Of a stretch of 41,940 nt of DNA, positions 23,421 to 33,376 are shown piece by piece. How positions within the stretch are numbered: position 1 is the stretch's first letter; every line of letters starts with the position of its first letter. A program made the position numbers and the translations under genes. Under the pieces are notes generated by a model. That model saw only the letters and a program-made list of their open reading frames with translations, was not told the origin of the DNA and did not search any database. Origin of the DNA: Rhizaria sp. SCN 62-66 (lineage: Eukaryota); assembly GCA_001724265.1 (NCBI GenBank), contig MEDY01000184.1:62001-103940 (forward strand). Reading direction: 5' to 3'.

Positions 23421-24367
23421 ATGCTGCACCGGTCTGCGGGCCCGTCGTTCCGCGAGAAGGCGGCGGAGCAGACGGCCGAGGCGCGCTCGACGACCATCAT
23501 CCGCATCGTCGACCACCTTAGGGTCACGCGCCAAGCCATCTCCTTCAACGACCTCAAGCTTAAGTTCAGTCTCCCGCGCGACGACCGCACGCTGCAGCTG
23601 CTGATCGAGGAGCTCCAGCGGCACGAGGCCGTCGTGGCGGACCTCGTCTCCATCCCGCCAACCTTCGCGTACAAGTCGCGCGTGGCCATCAAGTACGGCC
23701 GCGTCGTCACCTCGGCGGCCACGCTCGAGGAGCTCTGCGGCGAACACCCCGAGGGCGTGCTGCGCAGTGACCTGGAGGACGCTTACCAGGTCGCGAAGGA
23801 CCACATCACTGAGCTGCTGACGCAGGGCCGCCTCCTCGAGTTCAAGGTACGTTCTTTGATAATACGCGAATCAGAGGAGATTTGGTGATACGGACGCGTA
23901 GCATTGTATCTTTAAAGCTATATGCAAGTTTTTCTTTGTTCTCAATCAGGTTACGCGATAGATATTTCATGTACTATTTTGGATCTCCCTCACCCATTTT
24001 TTTTTTACTTTGCTTTGCTCTGCTCACGTCTGCTTCCTGCTAACAGAACACGTCGAATCGCAACAACAGCGGTCCGGTGATCTTCCCCGCGGTCGTGGCC
24101 TCCGCGGGCACGGTGTTTCCGGCGCACATCCGCGACATGTGGAACAAGGTCGAGCTCCCGTCGTCGATGGCCGAGATCGAGAAGGCGCTCACCGACGCGG
24201 GGCACAGCGTGCTCGCGCGCGCCAGCGCCAGCGCCACGGCAGCCGCGCGCCAGGGACAGATCAAGCGCGGCTTTGGCGCCGGGCGCGGCGGCAAGAAGGA
24301 CGGCGGGCTGCTGGGCCGCAAGCTCGTCAACAAGCACATGGCGAACACACTCTTCAAGAAGGCGTGA
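23421..24367 (+). CDS. Transcription initiation factor IIE subunit beta-like, 2 exons, ~248 aa
   Basis: Exons 23421-23846 and 24047-24367; intron GTACGT...CTAACAG. Winged-helix-like IVDHLRVTRQAISF, then TFAYKS, GVLRSDLEDAY, IRDMWNKVELP..IEKAL..AG and a C-terminal KLVNKHM, matching the TFIIE-beta/Tfa2 layout. Confidence 0.78.
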
Positions 24368-24987
24368 GAGCAGAGCGAAGTCGTGGCGGCGCGTCCGACA
24401 TGTGTTTGTTGTACATGTGTGTGCTGTTATAAATGTTTGTGCTACACATGTTTGCTGTGGGTGAGTTTTGGCCAGCGCTGCTGTTCTGGCATCACTCTTG
24501 CCAGCGTAGCGTCATCAGCTATATTGTGAATCGCTGATTTCGCCGCGACGCGGGCCGCAAACGGCGAGGCAGCATTGTTGGTGATGGCAACGATTTATCG
24601 TGGCTTGACGTCCGCCGGTGTCACCGAGCTCTGCAACTTAGTTCACCGAGCGAGCCTCGAGTGCTACCCAACATCTTCATCGCAAGCTACATTGACCACT
24701 GGTGTGCGTTCAGATATCAGACGTTGATAAACGAGACATTTAAGATGTACAACGTACAATTTACAAAATGAATAAAGGAAGAAATTTAAACAGCGAATCA
24801 ACCCAATCTCAACAACGCAGTTGACACTCACTGATGTGACAATGCTTTTCACTTGTCTTACGAGATGTGTATTCAATATTATTAGTCGCTGTATTATTAA
24901 ATCCCAATTATGGGGATTGTAATGCACTATTGTAACAAAAGCTCGCTGTGTAATCAAGTCAGCAGTGCTCATTTGACGTGAAGATGA

Positions 24988-27900
24988 TTAGTTATGATAT
25001 TCTTCCTCCTCATTGTCTTCATCAGTGTCGTCACCTTCGTCTTCATCATCATCTCCAATCTCGTCCTCATCCTCATCTTCGAAGTCACTGTCGTCTTCAT
25101 CTCCTTCTTCGTCTTCATCTTCATCTTCATCTTCATCTTCATCTTCGTCGTCATCCTCGTCGTTTCCGTCATTGTCCTCGTCGCTGCCGCTGCTTTCTTC
25201 GTCGTCATCATCCTTGTCCTCATCTTCAGCGTCGTCGTCGTCGTCACCATCAACATCGGCATCGTCATCGTCATCCTCGTCTTCATCATCATCCTCGTCG
25301 TCATCATCGTCATTATGGTCACCGTCGCTGTCGTCGTCATCCTCCTCAGCATCAGCATCATGCTCATCTTCCTCTTCCTCATCGTCAACATGAACAGTAG
25401 CAGTAGCACCAGAAGCAGGAGTCCCAGCCAAACCCGCACTGCCACCCGCCGTACTCGCCGCCGCCCTGGTCTCCAAGTCGAGCTTCTTCGCGTACGCGAT
25501 CACGGCGTCCAGCGCCAGCGTCGCCGCGCCGAAGCTCACGTCCATCTTGCGCCCCACGGCGCTCGACACGGCCGCGCTCACGGCGGGCAGAGGCAGCGGC
25601 GCGGGCGGGGCGGGCTTAGCGGCGTCGGCGCTGCAGCTGCTGTTACTGCCGTTGCTGGTGGCAGCGCGCGACGTCGTGGCTGCAGCGGCGACAGCGGCCG
25701 CAGCGGCGGCGGCGACAGCACTGGTCTTGGCGGAGATTGACGGCACTAGCACAATGCTGCGCATGCGCGCCGTGCCACCAACCACGACAGACTGGCCTTG
25801 AGTCTGGCCCTGGCTCTGGCCCTGGCCTGGGTTCGCAGTTGCGGACAGAGGGCGAGACACAGAACCACTGCTTGCGCCAGTGCTCGTGCCATTGATCGTG
25901 ATCGTGGTTGAGTCGGCCACTGGGCGCGGGTACGGAGGCGGAGCCACAATGAGAGGTCGCTTAGACCCATCTAAGGATGATTTCTTGTCCGAGAGCGCAG
26001 CCCTGGGCAGCGGGGACCGCGTTGGCGTCGCGGCAGAGGAGACAGTGTCCGCCGTGTCCGCATCCGTATCAGCGTACACAGCCGCAGTCGCACTGTCAGC
26101 CGCGTTCTGGGTCTCCGCAGACTCAACATCTGCAGTATCATCTGTCTCGAGCTGTTCACTCTGATGCTTGGACTCGACCTTGATGGCCGGCTCCGAAGCA
26201 GCGATGGTGTTGGAGGCAGCGTCACGGAGACGGAGAACGAGTTTGAGGGGCTTCGGGGGTGTCTTGACGCTTGCAGCAACGGTAGCCGTCGCAGCTGCAT
26301 CGACAGCAACAGAGTTGTCGTTCGCCGTCGCGGCGTGCGTATCGTTGGCCTGGTTGTCATCGACAGCTTCAAGATTGTTGTTCGCAACAACGCCAGCATC
26401 GACACTCGCGTCAGCGCCATTGTCGTCAATGTTGACCTCACCATCAGCGCTGCCCACATCGACATTGTCGCAGCCGCCGTAGTCGTCGTAGACGCCGCTC
26501 GCGTAGATGTCGTAGTCGCCGTCGTCATCGTCACCGGGGACATCAACACGCGCACCATCACCATCGCCTTCAACAGGCTCAACGACGTCGCCGTCGCCGT
26601 CACCGTCAACAATATTTACACTGTCGCAATCGAGGTGCTTGGATGGCGAAGTGAGCGCCTGCGTGTACGCGTGGCTAAACGTGGGCGCAGTGACGTAGTA
26701 GCCACCAACCCCGTCCTCGTCCTCGGCAGCGATCTCAGCCACAGCGGTCTTGGTGGCAGAGCGAGACTCGGCGTCGACGCCGTTGTTGGCGCTCGTGTGG
26801 TGAGTGAGAGCAGAGAAGTCGTGTTCGTCGATGGAGATGGCCGCATACTCAAACGCAGATACCACGGCGTTCGCAGTCCCCGAAGTTGGAGAGTTGGCAA
26901 GAGTAGCGTTGTCATTCTTCGTCTCCGCGGGAGCAGCGAGCATAAGAGCAGCCGCATTGTTGGGATTATCGTTGATGCTAACACCGTTCGTGTCGACGAC
27001 TGTGGGAGCAGCTGAGTCAGCAAAATCGATGCTGTACTCCTCAACACCAGCACTCGCACCCGCCCCGACGCCAGTGTTGGTGTAAATAGCAGGAGCACTA
27101 GGAACAGGAACACCGTCAGTTCCATCAGCCACAACATCGGCGTCAGCAGGGGCAAGCGACTGAGAGTTCACCTTCTTTGCACTGTTGAAGCCCTTATTGA
27201 TGTTTGCCAGGCTGCAATCATCGTGCGCGTTGATGTTGACAGTGCCGCTGCTCGCGTTGTTGCTGCTGTTGGTGCGATAGTAGTGGTCGATCAGGATCTG
27301 CAGCCCCTTGGTCTGTCGCATCACGCGCAGACTCGCGAGTGTACTCACGCGCGTGTGGTATGCCTTGAGCGCCTGCGGCAGCACGCCCGGCGTCTGCGAC
27401 AGCGCCTCGGCGGTCGGCGGCACCCATTCGTCGTCGCTGCCGATCGCGCTAACATTGCTCCCGTTCGCTGCAGTGCTGTTGCTGCTGCCGTTGCCAACGC
27501 TGTTGCTGCCGTTGCTTGTGCTGCCGTTCGAGCCGCCGATGATGATGCCGCGCACGCCGAGGCCGGACTTGCCGCCTCCGGCGCGGCGGCCGTGCTCGCC
27601 CGTGCCGGACCCGGCGGCGGCCGCGGCGGCGGAGTCCGCGGCGAGCGCGGCGGCGCGCGGCACGGCGGGCTTGCGGCTCGTCCTGGCCGCGAGCTGCTTC
27701 CACTCCTGGTCCAGCTGCCGCGCGCGCTCGCGCTCGACCTCGCGCTCGCGCTGCAGGAACGACACCGCACTAGCGCTGCCCGCGCCCGCGCCGCTGCCGT
27801 GCGCGCCCGAGGCCGCGGTCGGGGTCGGGGCGGCGCTGGGGGCTCCTGGGAGACCGTGGGCCGGCGTGCCGGGAAGCGCCGCCGTCGCCGCCGTCGCCGC

Positions 27901-30900
27901 CACAGCTGCGGTCGCACCGTGGGCGGCGTGGCCGTGGCCGTGAGCGCTGTAGCGGTAAGGCTGCCCGCTGTGCACGCCGACCACGGCGCCCGCGCCCGGC
28001 TCGCAGTCGCCGGCGACGTGGTCGCACTCGCGGCGGCCGGTGCAGTTGCAGCAGCAGCAGCCACACGTGCTGCAGCCACCCGCCTTGGCGGCCTTGGACT
28101 TCGCCTTCTTGGACTTGGACTTAGATTTTGACTTGGTGTCGGATTTAGTCTTCTTGACTTTCCTCGTCATCGTCAAATTGACCGTTGACGTTGCAGTCTG
28201 AGGCGCCGTTGACGGGTCTGTGTTACCGCTGTTGTTGCTGGGCAGCCTGTGCTTCACAGAACGCGAACGCGTCTTCGAGTTCGTGTTGACGCCAGCGCTC
28301 GCATTGACGTTAGAGCTCGCGTTGCGGTTGTCCGCGACAGAGCCTTGACTGCTCGCGTCCTTGGGTTTTTTCTTCGTCTTGGCTTTGTCACTCTTTTCCA
28401 CAGTAGCACTCGCTGCGGCAGTGATCGCACCTGTGCTACTGCTGGTGCCAGGAGCCGCGGCGCCGTTGACAGCTAGCGCAGCACTGCTGCCCCTCTTGTC
28501 TTTCTTCGCTTTGCTGTTGCTACTGCGATTCGCCTCAGCACTGCTTGCTTTGTCCCCGCTGTCAGACTTGGCTTTCGCCTTGGTCTTAATCTTCTTTGTG
28601 CCGGTCTTCGTTGTCGCAGCATCGCCCTTGGACTGCTCTGCGCCACACTTGGAGTGCTCAGCAGAGCTCTTCGAGGCAGAGCTATTGGCGCACTTCATCG
28701 GCTTGCTGCACTTGCACGTGCACTTGGAGCACAGCACGACGACGCCGCTGCGGTTCACACTTGGGTTCGCATTCACATTAGAGTTGGTTTTGCTATTTCT
28801 ACGCGATGTACCTTCAGCACTCACACTGCTAGTATCTACGTTAGCCCTGGCAACGACGCCCGGCGGCGCGGCTGCTCCTGCGTCTGCGTCACTGCTCACG
28901 TGGCCGATCCGTGGCACGGCCCCACCGCTGGCCGCAGCGAGCGTGGCGGCCTGCGCGACGGCCCTCGCGGCGGCCGCGGCGCGGTCGAAGACGCGGACGA
29001 TCTCGGGCCGCAGCACGTCCGCAGCGAGGATCTGCTCCGCCGTGGGGCGCTCGCGCGGGTCCTTGGCGAGCAACGAGCGCAACAGGCGGCGAAGCGGCAG
29101 GGAGTACACAGCCGGCAGCGGCGGCGGTGCGGTGCGGATAATAGCGAGCACGACGGTGGCAATGTTGCTGCCCGCGAAGGGCCGCCGCAGACAGGCGACC
29201 TCGTGCATGACGACGCCGAGCGACCACACGTCGGCCTTGCCGCCGTAGGGATCGCCACGGCAGATCTCGGGCGGGAGGTAGAAGGGCGTGCCTACCTCTG
29301 TGCGCGCATGCTCGTTTGTCGCTGCGAGCGAGCGCGCCGAGCCCAGGTCCGCGAGCTTGAGCGCGCCCGAGCGCGTGAGCAGGATGTTGGGTGACTTGAC
29401 GTCGCGGTGCAGCGTCTTGCGGCTGTGCAGATAGTGCAGCGCGAGCGCTAGCTGCACCAGCCAGCGGACCACGGTGCGCTCAGGGAAGTAAAACGATGAC
29501 TCAGTCAGCGGCTTGGATGTGGCGCTGTGGCTGCTGCTGCTGTTGTTGTTGATGTTATTAGACACAGCCATGGATGTTGACGCATTGTCGCAAACGCGGC
29601 TGTTGCGACCTTCGGGGCCAGCAAGGAGGGCAGCAAGTGTTTCTGGTGCAGGCTCCTTCTTAGCCCCACTGCCCTTCTTGGCTTTGCCCTTCTTCGCAGC
29701 CTTGCCACTGCCACTGACACTGCTGCTGTTGTTCGAGCCAGCGCTGGCCTTGCTGCTTCCTGCCGTTGCCGTCGCCGTAGCAAGAACAGACATCGTGGCC
29801 GCGTGCTTGCTGCCGCTCAAGCTGCCCCTCACGCCCGCGCCAGCGCTGTCACTACCACCACCAGCCGCAGCAGCGGCAGCGGCGGCAGCGCTAAGTCCGC
29901 TGCCGTGGGACTTCTGGCGCCGGTGATGCTGCTTCTGCGGCGGCTTGTTTGCAGCGGCGGCGTCGCTGTCGATCACAGTAGGACACACACATGCACCTGC
30001 ACCGGCACCGGCCGCAGCGCCAACAGCGGCCGTGTCAAACACAATAGCATTCTCGCGTTCACGGTCACCGTCCCGCTCACGGTCGTGGTCGCGGTCTCGG
30101 GCGCTGGGGGCCTCTGCGTCGTTGTCGACGAGCGTGACACTCGCCCTGTCCCCGTTGCCGTCAGCCTCCGCCTGCGCGAGAGCCCTAGCGTCGTCGACGA
30201 AGCGCTTCTTCAGCGCGGCGCGCGTCTTGACCAGCGTGTCCAGGTCCGTCTCTGCGCGCTCCATCACGAGGTTGAGCCGCGCGGGCGAAGCGACCCAGCC
30301 GAGCAGCGCGACAAGGCGCGGGTGCTGCAGCCGCGAGAGCGCGAGAGCCTCGGCCAGCAGCGTCGCCGCCGCGGTCGGCGACGACGCGGCCGCGACGGCC
30401 GAGGTGACCGAGGCGACAGCGGCCGTCAGCGCGCTCGCGACCGCCGCGGCAGGGGTCGGGGCAGCTTGGTGCGAGACGTCGTTGCCGCCTCTCAGACCTC
30501 CGTCACCGTTCGCAGTGGCGTCGCGCTTGTTGCCGGCTTTGATGTCGTTGACGCCGTCGGAGGGCACTGTGAATGATGAGCCAAAGAGGCCTGGAATAGT
30601 GCGGGGGAAAATGACGTCCTTAACGACGAGTACACCGCCATTCGCGCTGTCAGGGCTGCTGGTAACAGCGTCAGTGTTGTTGAGAAAGCACATGCAGCCA
30701 ACCAGATCGTCGTCGTCGTCGTCGGCGTTTCCAGTGTTGCTGTTGCAGTTGCTTCCATTGCCAGTCTTTGGGTTGCCACAGCAGGCGCAGATACCGCTGC
30801 CAGTAACACTAGCGCTATCGCTGTCGCTGTTATCTACAGTCGCAAGCGGCTTGGCCAAGTACACCGCGCCCGCCGCGCCGTGCCCAATCTTCTGCGTCAG

Positions 30901-32796
30901 CGCCAGGCACGCGTGCAGCGGCGGCAGCAGCGGCGGAAAGTGTGCGCGCATGAAGTTAAGCCGCGCCTCCACATCGTCGCCGTCATTGTCCGCGCCACCA
31001 GCGCTGGGGCCGGTGCCTGTGGCAGAGTTGTTGTCGGCATTGATGTTGATCGGCGAGCGAATGGTGGCGTCAGGATCGGCGTCGTCGCTGCTATTGTTGT
31101 TATTGGCATTGGCGGTGACATTGTCGATAGAGCTTTCGTGCGCATTGTCATCATTTCTGATATTGTCATTGTTGTAGCTCCTGCCGTTGTTGTTATTGTC
31201 ACGATTCGCAGGCGAGAACCCGAGACAGTGCACGGGCCTATACGCACGATTCCCATCAGCACTGTTGTTGTTGGCTGTGGCTGCAATGGCCGCGCCGCTT
31301 GCGAATCCCTTGTCATCATTGCTGTCGTTCACGCCGCCGCCGTAGCCACTGTGCCTCTGGTTCGCACTCGCGTCACGCGCCACACCGTCGTTGCCGTTGG
31401 TATGAGCGCCGTGACACGCGGACGCGTCGCCCCCGGCAGCGCTGTTGTTGAGATACGACTGCGCAAACGCGGCGTCGTCGAGTGGCTTCGTGGGGTCAAA
31501 GGAACCGAAACAGAAGCCGCCCTGGTCGGAAGTCAGGCCGCCCTGCGCCGAAGTTAGGCCGCCACGCGCGGACGCCAGACGGCCGCGGTGTGACACAAAG
31601 CCCGACTCGTCAGCCGCATCGTCAACATCCTCATCCGCACGCGCGCTCGCACGCGCACCCGCCTCGTTGTGATGCGCACTCACTCTAGGGTGCGTCGCTG
31701 CAGTGATGTTGGCCGCGATGTCGCTGGGCAGCTCGAAGTACGCCCCGTCGAGCCCGCCCCGCGCGGCCACGCTGGCGGGACCGTCGAGCGCGGGGTCCAA
31801 GGGCGCCAGGTCGAGGATCGGCACGGAGTCTAAGGGGCTCCGAGGAGCGGGTAAGTGCGAGTGTAAGTGCCTGGTGGGCGACGCGGACGCACGGCTCGAA
31901 GGGGGGCGCTGTGGCTGCTGATGCTGCTGGTGTTGTGAAGGCAGCGGAGCGAGCCGCGCTGTGCCAGTCGGCAGCCCGGCTTGCGACTGCTGCGGTGCTT
32001 GGGTGTGCGACTGCGTGTGCGTGTGCGTGTGCGTGTGCGCAGGAGAGTGCTGCGGCCGGGGTGACTGCAGTGACAGCAGCTGCAAATGCGACTGTGTGCT
32101 GCTGGTGTAGTTATAGTACCCGCTGCTAAGTCCATTGCAGTTGTTGTTGTTGTTGTTGTTGCTGTTGTTGTTAGCAGCGCTGGCGTTGGGCTGGTAGAGA
32201 CCTTGATAGAGCATCTGCGTCTGCGTCAAGCCCTGGGTTTGCCGTCCCTGCCCCTGTTGCTGCTGTTGCTGCTGCTGCGCGGATGGGGTGCTGCGGCGCG
32301 CTGATACGGGCGGTAGCACGAACTGTGCGCAGCTCGCACTCGCATTCACACTCACACCAGCGTTTGCGCCAGACGTTGCATCAACAGTCGAGGAGGACGA
32401 CGAGGACGATGTCGCCTGAGCAGTGCTATTGTAGGGCCTGGTGGGGCTGTGCGGGGCGTACTGCGCGGGGCCCAGCACAATCGGCTCGACACCACTCTTG
32501 CTAGTGCCAGATGCCGTCGCCGCCGCCGTCAACTGCTGCTGATGCTCAAGCTGTTGCTGGAAGTGTGTGCCGTGGGTATTGGCGCTCTGGCGGCGCGGTG
32601 TAGTCAAGGGCGGTAAAAATGAGCCACTGTTAGCGTCTACAGGAGCCACCTGCCTGCCTGCACCCGCCGCGGAGCCGTTGGCAGAGCCGATGACGCCGGC
32701 GCCGGCGACCGGGTTCGCGGGGGTAGTGTTTGTGCTGTATCCGCCACCGACGCCACCGCTTCCGCTGCCGCGCGCGCTAGTCGGATGCGCAAACAT
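24988..32796 (-). CDS. Giant NIMA-related (NEK) Ser/Thr kinase, 2602 aa, with large inserts in the kinase domain and an acidic tail
   Basis: Single open frame. IGHGAAGAVYLA, LVVKDV, LAEALALSRLQHPRLV, LNLVMERAETDL, FPERTVVRWLVQLALALHYLHSRKTLHRDVKSPNILL, LKLADLGSAR, TEVGTPFYLPPEIC..PYGGKADVWSLG are NEK-type motifs. Confidence 0.88.
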   Translation of the reverse strand: MFAHPTSARGSGSGGVGGGYSTNTTPANPVAGAGVIGSANGSAAGAGRQVAPVDANSGSFLPPLTTPRRQSANTHGTHFQQQLEHQQQLTAAATASGTSKSGVEPIVLGPAQYAPHSPTRPYNSTAQATSSSSSSSTVDATSGANAGVSVNASASCAQFVLPPVSARRSTPSAQQQQQQQQGQGRQTQGLTQTQMLYQGLYQPNASAANNNSNNNNNNNCNGLSSGYYNYTSSTQSHLQLLSLQSPRPQHSPAHTHTHTHTQSHTQAPQQSQAGLPTGTARLAPLPSQHQQHQQPQRPPSSRASASPTRHLHSHLPAPRSPLDSVPILDLAPLDPALDGPASVAARGGLDGAYFELPSDIAANITAATHPRVSAHHNEAGARASARADEDVDDAADESGFVSHRGRLASARGGLTSAQGGLTSDQGGFCFGSFDPTKPLDDAAFAQSYLNNSAAGGDASACHGAHTNGNDGVARDASANQRHSGYGGGVNDSNDDKGFASGAAIAATANNNSADGNRAYRPVHCLGFSPANRDNNNNGRSYNNDNIRNDDNAHESSIDNVTANANNNNSSDDADPDATIRSPININADNNSATGTGPSAGGADNDGDDVEARLNFMRAHFPPLLPPLHACLALTQKIGHGAAGAVYLAKPLATVDNSDSDSASVTGSGICACCGNPKTGNGSNCNSNTGNADDDDDDLVGCMCFLNNTDAVTSSPDSANGGVLVVKDVIFPRTIPGLFGSSFTVPSDGVNDIKAGNKRDATANGDGGLRGGNDVSHQAAPTPAAAVASALTAAVASVTSAVAAASSPTAAATLLAEALALSRLQHPRLVALLGWVASPARLNLVMERAETDLDTLVKTRAALKKRFVDDARALAQAEADGNGDRASVTLVDNDAEAPSARDRDHDRERDGDRERENAIVFDTAAVGAAAGAGAGACVCPTVIDSDAAAANKPPQKQHHRRQKSHGSGLSAAAAAAAAAGGGSDSAGAGVRGSLSGSKHAATMSVLATATATAGSSKASAGSNNSSSVSGSGKAAKKGKAKKGSGAKKEPAPETLAALLAGPEGRNSRVCDNASTSMAVSNNINNNSSSSHSATSKPLTESSFYFPERTVVRWLVQLALALHYLHSRKTLHRDVKSPNILLTRSGALKLADLGSARSLAATNEHARTEVGTPFYLPPEICRGDPYGGKADVWSLGVVMHEVACLRRPFAGSNIATVVLAIIRTAPPPLPAVYSLPLRRLLRSLLAKDPRERPTAEQILAADVLRPEIVRVFDRAAAAARAVAQAATLAAASGGAVPRIGHVSSDADAGAAAPPGVVARANVDTSSVSAEGTSRRNSKTNSNVNANPSVNRSGVVVLCSKCTCKCSKPMKCANSSASKSSAEHSKCGAEQSKGDAATTKTGTKKIKTKAKAKSDSGDKASSAEANRSSNSKAKKDKRGSSAALAVNGAAAPGTSSSTGAITAAASATVEKSDKAKTKKKPKDASSQGSVADNRNASSNVNASAGVNTNSKTRSRSVKHRLPSNNSGNTDPSTAPQTATSTVNLTMTRKVKKTKSDTKSKSKSKSKKAKSKAAKAGGCSTCGCCCCNCTGRRECDHVAGDCEPGAGAVVGVHSGQPYRYSAHGHGHAAHGATAAVAATAATAALPGTPAHGLPGAPSAAPTPTAASGAHGSGAGAGSASAVSFLQREREVERERARQLDQEWKQLAARTSRKPAVPRAAALAADSAAAAAAGSGTGEHGRRAGGGKSGLGVRGIIIGGSNGSTSNGSNSVGNGSSNSTAANGSNVSAIGSDDEWVPPTAEALSQTPGVLPQALKAYHTRVSTLASLRVMRQTKGLQILIDHYYRTNSSNNASSGTVNINAHDDCSLANINKGFNSAKKVNSQSLAPADADVVADGTDGVPVPSAPAIYTNTGVGAGASAGVEEYSIDFADSAAPTVVDTNGVSINDNPNNAAALMLAAPAETKNDNATLANSPTSGTANAVVSAFEYAAISIDEHDFSALTHHTSANNGVDAESRSATKTAVAEIAAEDEDGVGGYYVTAPTFSHAYTQALTSPSKHLDCDSVNIVDGDGDGDVVEPVEGDGDGARVDVPGDDDDGDYDIYASGVYDDYGGCDNVDVGSADGEVNIDDNGADASVDAGVVANNNLEAVDDNQANDTHAATANDNSVAVDAAATATVAASVKTPPKPLKLVLRLRDAASNTIAASEPAIKVESKHQSEQLETDDTADVESAETQNAADSATAAVYADTDADTADTVSSAATPTRSPLPRAALSDKKSSLDGSKRPLIVAPPPYPRPVADSTTITINGTSTGASSGSVSRPLSATANPGQGQSQGQTQGQSVVVGGTARMRSIVLVPSISAKTSAVAAAAAAAVAAAATTSRAATSNGSNSSCSADAAKPAPPAPLPLPAVSAAVSSAVGRKMDVSFGAATLALDAVIAYAKKLDLETRAAASTAGGSAGLAGTPASGATATVHVDDEEEEDEHDADAEEDDDDSDGDHNDDDDDEDDDEDEDDDDDADVDGDDDDDAEDEDKDDDDEESSGSDEDNDGNDEDDDEDEDEDEDEDEDEEGDEDDSDFEDEDEDEIGDDDEDEGDDTDEDNEEEEYHN
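24995..25390 (-). repeat. Coding GAN/GAR trinucleotide-rich tract giving a ~130-residue Asp/Glu tail
   Basis: The plus strand shows dense TCATC/TCGTC/TCTTCA repeats, translating as DDEEEEDE...EEEEYHN at the end of the NEK ORF. Confidence 0.85.
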
Positions 32797-33376
32797 CCTG
32801 CGTCAGTGCAGCCGCGGACGTACCTACAGATCAGCACACTTGTGCCACTTGCAACCAAGAATCTGTGCGTGTGAGGGCCTGTGGGAGAATTGTTAGTTGG
32901 AGTTGTTTCTGCAAAGCTAAGGGTGTAGGAAGCGGTTTGTAAAGAGGACTGTGAGCGATGACCTTAAGATTGAGATGTATAAATAAAGGAAAATAACAAA
33001 ACCAAAGAGTTAACTCTCCTGCCAATACTCTTTGAGTCAGTGACGGTGAGTTTGACGACATGCAGCTGTGTTTTTGCATCCTACCACAAACTGAGCCGTT
33101 GCTGCAGTCCTCAATCTCGCAGAGCTTCGACTCGCCTAAGTTCCAAGCATACAAACGACGGCCACCTTCGTCAATGAACCAGATTTTTGTTTTCAGGACT
33201 ATAATGGCGTTATTAGATGCTATGTTCTTATATATGCGCTCAAGACTATCTTGGCCCTCCCCATATCTTCCTTTTCACTTTGCTGACCACGCTTCCTCCT
33301 CTTCACTTCCTTCCTTGTTCCTCGCAGCTCAAACCTCTCTCAGAACCGCTCGACTGACTGAGTCAGCTAGCGCGCC

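Noticed and set aside
24969-25740. Poly-Ser, poly-His, Met/Thr-rich and highly hydrophobic ORFs
   Set aside because: These are alternative readings of the NEK Asp/Glu repeat.
33060-33376. N-terminal part of the 1098-aa ORF 33060-36356
   Set aside because: It reads through UTR and introns. The Syx18 N-peptide starts at ATG 33377 in another frame, and the TM end is in the exon at 36142.
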